Part shown: piece by piece, positions 31,776-44,846 of the stretch
Numbering within the stretch: position 1 is the first letter of the stretch
Layout: the number at the start of each line of letters is the position of its first letter
NCBI GenBank assembly: GCA_000320545.1
Contig: ADNK01002106.1
Coordinates: 1-64,000 of the forward strand
DNA length: 64,000 bases
Direction: 5' to 3'
From: Bigelowiella natans CCMP2755
Lineage: Eukaryota > Protista > Cercozoa
Notes under the pieces: generated by a model
Seen by the model: the letters and a program-made list of their open reading frames with translations, nothing else
What the model was told of the DNA's origin: nothing
Database searches by the model: none
Position numbers and translations under genes: made by a program

Positions 31776-33727
31776 TCAGTATGACGTCCATGGCATCAAC
31801 TCCACATCCCAGTTGAGGTCATCAGGATCAAAACAATCGATAACCTAATTATTATTTTGGTAACCTTTTAGAGTTAGCAGCCCGATGCATATACGCGCAA
31901 GTAAATTTATTTTATATTGGAGGCCCGCACCATTTTCGCTATCATTGTTACCTCGAATTCTTGGCTACGCTTGTGCTCCAGTCTGTCCAGCTCCAGGATC
32001 TGAAAAGATAAGACACAACGTAAACATGGGGTGTTTCACTTTTGGATTCTTATCGATCAATACCCTGCATCGGCATTCCAGAGCGGTGATTTTGTTGCAG
32101 AAGCTCTTAGTTCCTGGTGTGAATAGAAGAAAGCACGAAGTGTATCCTTTAGTGACTGAAATTCATGCAGATAGCTGCATTCCGGTTTTGCCGCTATCAC
32201 CGCTGCTACCGCACCTACCTTGCAGTGAGTCCGCAATTCGATCAAAATCGAAGTTGAATTTCTGGCATGACTATGGAACATTTGAGAGACAAAGAGGGTC
32301 AGCGATATTTGTGGCATATTTTCAAACTTAATGCTCGCGTGCGAAGGCTGTTCGATAAAGTGTTGAACCTGAAGTAATGCGCGGTCCATCTCGGGGTTCC
32401 ACTGCGACTTACATTCTAGAATGGGATCAGCCTGAAGCACACCGTCATATGGATATGTAATATTAGTCATCTATTTCTCCATTATCACCATTTCCACCCG
32501 CCATTATCGCTGCATCATTTGTCGATGTTGTCCTCACCAGTACAGCACACATCATCGATTTCAAGAAAAGGAATATAAATGTCTGCATGGGATCTAAACT
32601 TTTTGACTTGCTAAAAAATACCGATTATATTATCTGTGATCTTATGTGTGTAATACACACGCATAAATATAAATTTGAAAATTTAGTTAGTACCTGCAGA
32701 TCGGCGAGAGTGCGCTTATACTCCACCGTAGGCTCAGGTTTTCGCGATTTTGAATCTTTCTCATCCTTCGCATTTCCATCCTTCGCATTTCCGCCTTCGC
32801 ATTCCTAATCAATAGATGTAATTGTTCAACTTAATGTCCCAGATACTACGTACGTTTCCCAGGCATAATTCGTCGCGATATGGTGTACTTATGGTCGCAC
32901 ATCGCACAGATGACGGCAATTTCCAGCCATATTTGGATTTGGAAGCCATTACTCACTAAGATGCATCATCCAAATTAATAGCCGACCTTGTCAGAATCCG
33001 AGCCTTCTTCAAAATCGACGATTTCCACCATCTATACGTAATAGTGTGTGCGTGCGCATAGTGTTCATCATCGTCATCTTCATCATTATCATCATCATTA
33101 TCGTTGCGTCGTTGAGTGTCTGAAAAGTCACCAGACAATTAAGAATCGCTGTGGGGGCGAAGCTGTAGTATTTTTCTTCTTCTGTCCTTGCACTGCCACG
33201 GACAGCCAAGGTCTCAGGATTGGAGTTCTTTGTAAAGTCTACTACTTCTGCTGCTGTATACTCTACCACTACCTTTATTCTTGGGTCAGTATCTTGAGTC
33301 TCTTCGTTTTTCTTCCTTTTCTCTTCTGCAGCTCGTTCAGCATCCAGCTTTGCCTTCATCTCCATTCTCGCCTATCGAAGACAATGGAAGTGTGTCACAG
33401 AAACGTATGCATGCATCACTGGTGCATGAAATCACCGTCACATCTGTTTCACCTGTTTCCACTTGATCATGTTCCGGTCAATAGCGCCCCATTTTTCTTT
33501 GTTATGACGCTCCCTGATGCAGTGGGGCGGGGGGGGGATAGAGAGAAAGATGAATTGCAACCCGGCCCTATGAGATTTAGGCACTCCCCCATCTCTCCTT
33601 TGGAATCATTCAATTTATAAGATATAATCAAGTTTGGACGTTGTTTTTGTGCATGTGATACCGTTCTTTTTCGAGCCCTTCCTTCCCTCCGATCTTACAA
33701 TATACACACACAGGGAGAGAGTAGAGG

Positions 33728-33774
<47 letters not shown>

Positions 33775-34007
33775 GGGGGGGGGGGTTGTTTGACAACTTG
33801 AGGATGTATATTTATCTGTGTAAAAGAAGCGCATGTATTCAATATCATACACTTCTGAAGCACGGACAAATGAGAAATTTAAGCACGAAATTTTCAGCAT
33901 CGTCTACTCACTTTCCATGCTGAGACAAACTTCTTCTCCCAATCATAGACAGGACGGTCGTCCTGAGAAGATGATTTCCAAGTTGAAACGATTAGTCTCA
34001 GCGGCGA

Positions 34008-34043
<36 letters not shown>

Positions 34044-35657
34044 TGTGATACTCCCCCCATCCCCTATCTTGGTCTTCCTTGCAACTGACCAGGAACTCTA
34101 GCGAAGGGCATGCGTGGATTATTTCCTTCCTATAATCTTTCAGTTTTCTCACGAATGGGTTTCCCTTCAGGTACAGCGTCTTCAGATTGGGAAGCTGTAC
34201 ATATGGCGAGTGTTTGCATTAGCGGCGTACTGGAGTTCTAGCTCACGGAAATATCTCAAATAGACTTAGAGTGGGGCTGGAGGAGTTTCAGAAGAGATAC
34301 AAATGACAACGCCTACTTGTTTTAGGACATCGATGACTTCCTTAGCATCTGTCAGCTTGTTACGGTTCAGCTTTAAGGTGCTAAGAAGATAATTATGTAA
34401 GTACGCACACAAAGAGTATGGAAAGCGCGTATATGTATGGTTGCGCGTGTTCCTTAGTTTGTGCATGTGTTTTTCTTCCACGTTTCGACAACATACCTTA
34501 GAGATTTCACATGCTTCAAGTGTGATATGTCTCTAATCATATTGTCGCAAGCCGAAAATTGCTCTAAACCTGCGTTGATTGGTATCAGGCAAAATAAAGT
34601 TAATAGTTTATTGGGTGAAAAGGATCTTCTTTAGTAGCATTTCTCTCCTACAACGGCAAACTTCGATCCCCTGAGATACAGACAGGAATGAACACAAACA
34701 CAAACACAAACACGTGAGTGAACAACTTGGTAATACTAGCAGCCTCTTCTCCCTTAAGCTACTTGTTTGTGTCATCATTTTATGAACATCATCATCGTCG
34801 TTATCAACATCCCAGTCATGGAAATTTACCTCTAGATCCTCTAGGAGATTCTTATCAACGCTCATAATCTGCACGATTGCAACGATAGAGTGAACAAAGA
34901 TCTAGAAGAAAAGATGAATTTCTATCATACTTGCAGTTTTGGATGCTTATCTAGATTTTTGAACTGATGGATCTCATTTTGGCTAAGATAAAGTCCGGTC
35001 AACTTTTTCATATGGCCTAATTGTTGTACCATATTAGCTACGAACTCACACAGTACGACTCTGGATGTGCGTTACCTATGTTCTCAATTGATTCGAGAGC
35101 ATTGTTCTGAAGATACAACCTGTTGTTTTAAGTTGAATGGATCAGTTTACCATGAAATAATTGAGTATTTAATATGAGAGGGAACCAGGAGACATTGACG
35201 TACTCATCCAGATTCTGGAAAAGAACAAATATTGGCGATGCTGTCATAAACCTTAAAGCTGAGTATACAAGATAATTCAAAGGAAACTCACATCCAAGAA
35301 GAGCAGACTCTGATGCTGGAGCATGAGTTTATTATTCAGAGCTGGAGTGTCATAGCACCCTTGAATACTATCGCAGTGCTTCCGTAACCTAGCCACCACA
35401 CAGCTTGGTTAGATTTCTTTCTACCCAATGCAAAACAATCTTCTCCATTGACAAGACTTGACGAATCACAGCTAACGAGTTTTCTCGCTTCCTTCTCTCA
35501 ACGTTAAGCTTTGTGCACACACCATTTTCTGTTTATTCCGCCCTAAATAGATGGTAAGAAGTAAGCGTATAGCTCATCAAACAATGACATTTTTCTCTTC
35601 CTGCCCACCAGACAGGATCAAGCATACCTGTACGGAGGAGACCTTCTCGTCGGCCAT
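31776..35657 (-). CDS. DNAAF1: Dynein axonemal assembly factor 1-like LRR protein (DNAAF1/ODA7/LRRC50), many small exons; 3' end approximate
   Basis: LRKHCDSIQGCYDTPALNNKLMLQH, NLDEYVNV, LYLQNNALESIENI, LTGLYLSQNEI, LKLNRNKL, LPNLKTLYLKGNPFVRKLKDYRKEII..LEFL-DDRPVYDWEKKFVSAW, GGKEGLEKER. Confidence 0.78.
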
Positions 35658-36134
35658 CGAAATTTGATGAACGGTTCGAGTTTCGGTTTGGGGGCTGTAG
35701 GAGGAAACAAACACTGATGGATCTCTAAACAATATTCTTCCGTTTCTTTCCCTTTGATTGATCATTTTTCTAAATCGAAAAATAAAGTTGCGAATCGTTA
35801 ACAGCGGGATGCAAAGTATGCGCTGTATGACTGATGCAATACACGATGTTCTTGGGATGTAAAAGAGGCTACATCTGAGCGTTTCTTTTCACCGGAAGAT
35901 AAATGAATTCCTTGAAATAGATCCCTATTCATGCTCTAAAGAAATGAAATTTATTGTCGTTGAAGAAAAATGAAGAGACATAAATTACTCACAACAAAAC
36001 GGCCACAAAGGCAGAAAGAGGCGCTTTGCCCATTTTTCTCGAGGGCTTGGCAAAATTCAATACCGGTATGCTCTCTCCGGGATTCGCCGCAGGGAGAGTC
36101 TCCCGTGAACATCTTCATCAAAATTTGCAAAAAT

Positions 36135-36208
36135 TGATCAGTACTGGACTCGAACCAGTGACCTTCGGGTCTGGAATCCGACGTTCTACCGAGCTGAACT
36201 AACCGACC
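36135..36208 (-). tRNA. tRNA-Trp (anticodon CCA)
   Basis: GGTCGGTTAGTTCAGCTCGGTAGAACGTCGGATTCCAGACCCGAAGGTCACTGGTTCGAGTCCAGTACTGATCA folds as a cloverleaf with D arm, TTCGA T-loop and CCA anticodon. A T5 Pol III terminator follows. Confidence 0.9.
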
Positions 36209-36624
36209 ATGTAGTCTTTCCAACACTTTTAATATAAAAAGGACTCATATTCCATAATTAGATCTATATTTCGAAATCGGTCAAAATCTTTCATCATGCG
36301 ACCAAGAAATCCGTTGTGCAGCCCTTATAGATTTTGTTCGTTTGCAGCCTCAAATACCAATTTCTTGACGCAAATACAGGCTAATTTTCCGGAATTTGTC
36401 AGTGCCTGGGCTCCCATTGTCCCCAATGTAGCCGTTGGGATCCGTGTTCAAGCAGATAAAAGTTAAATTAAATCCTAATTTTAAGGTGCGACAAAAGAAA
36501 TGACTGGTTCTTAGAGCTATTTGTAGGCGATCTGTGCAGATCAATTCGCAGGTGTGACCTTTGCGCCACAACTCAAATCGCTCCTCGAGAGACGTTGCGA
36601 AGCAAATCAACAAACCTTAAAACT

Positions 36625-38106
36625 ATGACTAACTACTCTGACCTCTGCGAGATCGATGAAATTATGTCCCAGCCCGTCAAGTCTTCCATGCCGACGCGGT
36701 GGGAGCGCAAATCACGCGAGCGCTCTGTTCAAAACGGTGAGTTTCCCGCATATCTTGACTTACCAGTCATTTATGTTGACCATGAATGTTCTGTGGCAAT
36801 CCTTAGGGTGCCGATTCATCCCAAACCGTAATGGCGTGAAGACTGAGCTGATGACTCTGGGAAATCATGGCTCGGAGAATCAAGACCCCGATAATAAGAA
36901 GTATAAGTCTGTGATTGCGAAAACCATCCTTGACGGAGATGCTAGCTCAAAGATTCTTGCGTACCGTCAAAAGGCGCCAAAGCCTTCCGAAGCTCATCAC
37001 AATAAGTTGCGCGTCCTGTATGCAAGCAACCGAGAAAATGTGAGAGTACGAAGGCAGCAGTTTCGCCACATCAACTCAACTCCGGAGAGAATCCTCGATG
37101 CTCCAGATCTCGTCAATGATTACTACATCAATGTTCTCAGCTGGTCGTCCAGGAATACGCTTGCTGTGGGCCTTGGTCCCTGCATCTATCTCTGGGACGC
37201 GTCTTCTGGCGGGATTCAATCCCTTTACGAGGGCGAGAATGACGAAGACATCATCACCTCTATTGAATTTATGCATGATGGCAACTTTTTAGCGGTCGGA
37301 ACCTCAAACAAGGACGTCCAGATATGGGACGTCAACCAACAGAAGCAAGTCCGATCGATGCAGGTGTGTATTCACAGCCACACATAACCCGCCAAAGACC
37401 ATAAGTAATATGGTGGCATTTGACTGTGTATATATCATCATCATCATCATCATCATCATCATCTTTTCAGGGTCATGCTGCGCGGGTGGGATCGCTCGCA
37501 TGGAACAATCACATCCTATCCTCTGGAAGCCGTGATTCGACGATCTTCAACCACGACGTGCGCATAGCCAACCACCACGTTCACACCTACCGAGGCCACG
37601 AGCAGGAGATCTGCGGCTTGACGTGGTCACCGGATGGCACCCAGCTTGCATCTGGTGGAAACGATAACATGTGCAATGTGTGGGATCTGACCAACACCAG
37701 GCCGGTTCACACCTTCCACCATACGGCGGCTGTAAAGGCGCTCGCGTGGAATCCGACACAGAAGTCCCTGCTTGCGACAGGGGCGGGAACTTCGGATAGG
37801 CACATCCGGTTCTTTAACACGCAATCTGGGAATCTGGTCAACTCCGTGGAGACGGACAGCCAAGTGTGCTCCATCCAGTGGAATAATGAAGGCAAGGAAC
37901 TCGTATCGGCGCATGGCTTCAGTAAGAACCAGCTTTCGGTCTGGAAGTACCCTACCATGACCAAGATTGCTGATCTCACTGGCCATACCGAGAGGGTGCT
38001 GCACACCGCAAAGGTAGATCTTCATCTCGGGCTGCTTCAAACGAAGAAGTTGGTTGGGACCGTGATGATTAAAATAAAATACAAACACTTGAATACAAAT
38101 ATTTAA

Positions 38107-38149
<43 letters not shown>

Positions 38150-38323
38150 TATTTATTTATTGTATATGTATTCTTTCAGTCTCCGGATGGAACGATGGTG
38201 TGCAGCGCAGCAGCCGATGAATCTTTGCGGTTTTGGAAGGTGTTTGAGGCTCCTTCAAAGAAGAGAAGCTCCAACTCCCACGTTACAACCGCACATAAGA
38301 GTTCCCTGCGCCAAATTCGGTGA
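36625..38323 (+). CDS. CDC20: APC/C activator CDC20/Fizzy (WD40), 4 exons
   Basis: C-box-like CRFIPNR, KILAY, LRVLY, PERILDAPDLVNDYYINVLSWS, GH..RVGSLAW, LASGGNDN, HTAAVKALAW, SQVCSIQW, GHTERVL, AADESLRFW and a C-terminal IR tail before TGA 38321-38323. Confidence 0.95.
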
Positions 38324-38439
38324 GAGGGGGAGACAAGGTTGCAGTGTTTCATCACATCAAATATACCAACACGTTCATCAATGGCGACGAGGAAGATCGT
38401 CGAAGTATTCTTCGTCTTCGTCATCATCATCTTCTTCTT

Positions 38440-39400
38440 CCTAGTGAAGAAGTAAGTAGCTCCCTTCTTCCCCGGAGTGATGAAGCATAAGATCCCGCAG
38501 GATACGATATATTCGTGCTCTTTTGCGGATCACAACGATCTCTCTTCTCTCTTAAGATATACCAACCACCCCATCTCCGACCTTCGTTTGACGATTGATA
38601 TACACCCCACGTGTGCCACCGCCTTCATTTGCCTCTGTTGTACTACACACGTACATTCAAGCAAGCAAACCACACTGGTGTTCGTCGAGAGTGGGGCCGC
38701 CTGGGTCACATACCAAAGGCTAAGGGAAAAAGAGAGAGAGAGAGAGATGTTAGCCTATAATCGAAGCTACTTCGTTTCGATAGGGCAATCGTCCATCAAT
38801 CCACCCTTCTTCCGTCCTGGATAAAACCATCACCACTCTATTGATGCATGCCTGCCCCAAAGGACTGGAATGTGAGTGCTAACAACGGTGGGGAACTTAC
38901 GCGTGGCTGACGGTTTCGCCGAAAAACAAAAACGAGCATGCTGCTCCACGTAGTACCACCGGAGGACCAAAGAAGGGGGGGGGGTGGGGGGGGGGCACCT
39001 TACCTGTTACGTGCTTTTGTTGCGACAATTTGAATACTTAGGTTGTGCTGTCCCCGTAAGGAAAAGCAAAGCTCTTTGTTCTCCCATATGGCATGAAAGG
39101 TGGCTCATATACTATATATATGTTAGTACTGGTACTGTTTCCTCCTCCTTTACCCGTACCATATGCCTGTACAGATTCATGCAAAGCGAGAGAGGACCTA
39201 TCATTGTTTCGAAATACCCCAGTGTTGTGACTGTGTTGTTATGGTTTTATAAGATATCTCCGTGAAAGAAAAGAGGGCCTTACTCATACGCTTGATTATG
39301 ACGATTACATTCGAATAAGGTAGGTAGGTAGGTAGGTAGGTTGGAGAATGCATGATGATGCTGCTGGTAGCTGCTGAAGTATTTGGTGGTTTCAATGTGT
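38440..39400 (-). CDS. Possible multi-exon hypothetical gene convergent with CDC20 (boundaries approximate)
   Basis: Several AG...GT-bounded open segments (e.g. HARFCFSAKPSAT, HASIEWMVLSRTEEGWIDGRLPYRNEVASII) between microsatellite-containing introns. No family recognised. Confidence 0.3.
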
Positions 39401-39740
39401 GTGTGTGTGTGTTGTGTGTTAAGATTAGATTAGATTAGATTAGATCAGATTGGTGGCGTCGGTGTGTGGATGGTATGTGGAGAGGGATGTAGTTTTGCTG
39501 TCTTATGAAGTAGCCAAAAAGAAATTTCAACCAAAGTCGAAAGACTTGACCACCCAGTGCTATGAAAACTTCCTTTGTGGAGCGGAGCACAACGTGGATA
39601 AACTCAAATAAAGTCGAAAGACTCAACCAAAGAAAAACTTTAGCATCCAGTGCTATGATAACTTCCTTTGTGGAGCGAAATTCGAAAGACTTAACCGTTT
39701 TCGTTCCGACTTTCGTGATAAAATCCTAATTCAACTGATC

Positions 39741-40200
39741 TTGAGAGATTAAAGCATATAACTTTCCCAACTTGACCACATATTTCCCCAAAGTGTCCAC
39801 TGCTTCAAACGAATAAAGAAGAGCCATAGAATTCAGATATTGAATGCCTGAAAATATACAAGTGAGAAGTAAAGAAGCATGATACAATACACAACCGAAC
39901 TTGAGAGATCAAAGCATATAACTTTCCCAACATGACCACATATTTCCCTAAAGTGTCCACTGCTTCAAACGAATAAAGAAGAGCCATAGAATTCAGATAT
40001 TGAATGCCTGAAAATATACAAGTGAGAAGTAAAGAAGCATGATACAATACACAACCGAACTTGAGAGATTAAAGCATATAACTTTCCCAACATGACCACA
40101 TATTTCCCTAAAGTGTCCACTGCTTCAAACGAATAAAGAAGAGCCATAGAATTCAGATATTGAATACCAGAAAATATACAAGTGAAAACAAAACCAGCAT
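39741..40200. repeat. Tandem repeat, 160-bp unit, about 2.9 near-identical copies
   Basis: Unit start ttgagagat(t/c)aaagcatataactttccc at 39741, 39901 and 40061. Confidence 0.95.
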
Positions 40201-40859
40201 GAATACCTCAAACTAGCTTTGTCTAGAAAGCCCAATTTTGAGTTGCTATTGGTGTTCTCCTGCGATGTGACTTATATCATCAGTTCTTAGTTCGATCAGC
40301 GTGTGTGGCGTGTGCAAACGAGTTTTATGGATGCAACCAACATTATTAAAAAAAATGGAAAAGTAGCCCGCACTTGTTGCATTGCATTTGTACGTGAATC
40401 ATCATCGTGTACTAGTCATTGGTGATGGGTGTAGCCTGAAACTTACCGGCTAGACCGGAGCACCCGATAATTAACCAAATCTGCTAGATTGTTTGTGAAT
40501 GATACAGAGTTATGTGGATCACTTGCGTGTGCACGGTAATATTAAGAAACAAAAACGAATCAATCAAAGGAACGCATGCAATAATGGCACATGTTTAGAT
40601 GTGCTGAGGTCGGAAGGGTAAATTGTTTCACCAAACAACAATCATTATGCACTCGAGAAAATATTTCCGCATTGAGAGATTTAAAAGTTAACATTAGCTC
40701 TTTTTTTCCTCTCCAAATTGATGTCAATTAAACTTGATGGTAGTTTTGTGGCATAAAGCATTGTTAAAGCATACATTGCAACAGTTGTGTTGTTAGCGCT
40801 GCGCAATACAACTACACTTACATGGTGACTTAGAACCACATGCGCTCGTTGAACGCATG

Positions 40860-41600
40860 ACTTGTTGTTTGTACATGGACTTGCATGCATGGCGCTGGCG
40901 CTGCAATTTCGATCAGCGCAACGCATGCTAGCTAGCTAGTGTGGCTTCACAGTCTCTAGAAATGTGCGGCTCATCTTGCTAGCTTGTTGGATTTGCACTC
41001 GAAGCCACAGAGCCGCATCTAGCTAGCTAGCTAGCTAGCCATCTTGATGCTACATGCACCATGCTACACATGCATCATGTGTCCATGCTGGCTAGACAGC
41101 ATGCTGTAGCTAGCATGTCTAGATGTCTAGATGTGTCGATGCTGTCGTCATTGCCTCGATCAGCGCAGCACACTCTGTGCATGCTAGCTAGTAGCTAGCT
41201 AGCTGCAGCATGCTAGAGCTCTGTGCTCGCTTGCGGTCATTGTGTGGCATGCATGTTCTAGAGCGAGTTGTCTAGCTAGCTAGTTGTTAGCATTTGCACC
41301 GCTACGCTAGCACACTAGCTACACATAGCTAGTACGCTACGCTAGACCAGGCTGCTAGCAGGAAACAATTCTAGAATTGCTTAGCAACACTAAAGTACTA
41401 AAGTACCACAGATAGACAGCGGTTTGAGCTCGCATCCTAGCATCACTGTGCGTTTTAGTACGTACGTGTGTGCACATATGCATGCAGCATGCTAGCTAGA
41501 TGTGCGACGAGCTAGCGAGTCTCAATAGTATATCTAGATATTACCAGTACAAATATGTAGCCCTGCTAAGCCACATGTGCATCATCACATCAGCTAGCTC
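40860..41600. repeat. Low-complexity tract rich in CTAG/AGCT/CATG/TGCA
   Basis: Many gctagctagc and catgc motifs; TA occurs mainly as CTA or TAG. Confidence 0.7.
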
Positions 41601-41627
41601 GATCTTACCAATTTTATATTTAGAAAT

Positions 41628-43960
<2,333 letters not shown>

Positions 43961-44846
43961 CTTCTTACCTCCGAGATTAAAAGGAAGCACGTAAAAAAAA
44001 AAGAAGGCTGGAAGCTCCCACTTCACTATGCGAAGAAGGTCAGAATCAGCCAATTGCGAAGACCAAAATAAGTCTTTTCTCGGCCCATTTCGATAGATCT
44101 AGGACGACAAAAGAACAGAAGCTCTTACGCGACGCAGCAACACGTGGGCTACGTATGCTTGGAGAAATCCCGGTGTCAGGTCTACTTATCCTTTAATCTA
44201 TGGGCATTTATTTCAATTTTGGCCGGAATAAAACATATTTAGAGGTTAAACGGAAAGATGTGGTGGATAGTGTTATGGTCAGTGACCGTCTGTGCCCGCG
44301 CTTGTGGCCCAAATTTAGGATTAAGGAGCAGGGCTTATTAGCTATTTTTGAGCCCTGTGAGCCATGTTCATGACCTAGATCTAGGAGAATTTCCTCATAT
44401 ACAAGAATGACCAGTATCTTCAGGGATTCGGGATTATGAGAAAGGCTCCGCGTCACTGGTATTGAAACGCCGTGTGTATGAGACAAATATGTGACAAAGA
44501 GAATTGTCGTCTATAAAAAATTACAAATATTTTATATTTCTGTTCTTGGCCGTTCAAGTCCGCCTCGTCGTCCTCAGTCAGACAAGCAGTTAGGGATCAT
44601 AGAATATAAAATATAGTCTATAATTATTTTGAGACAAGTCATTAATGTTTTTTTAGGCTTGCAAATCCTCGGCGTTATCGACCTCAATTTAGGGTTTTGG
44701 CCCTGAAAGTCCGCGTGCATACTCACTTCTGGCCATTCCTTGACTTACACTCACCGGTCCTACTTCTTTCTTCTGTAGAGGAGAGGTAGAATACACAGCA
44801 GAACAGGGGTCGAAATTGGAGAAGTCTAGAATTGAAGGATTTGAAG

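Noticed and set aside
39741-40200. CRISPR-like array
   Set aside because: Units are contiguous with no unique spacers, the context is eukaryotic, and there are no cas genes.
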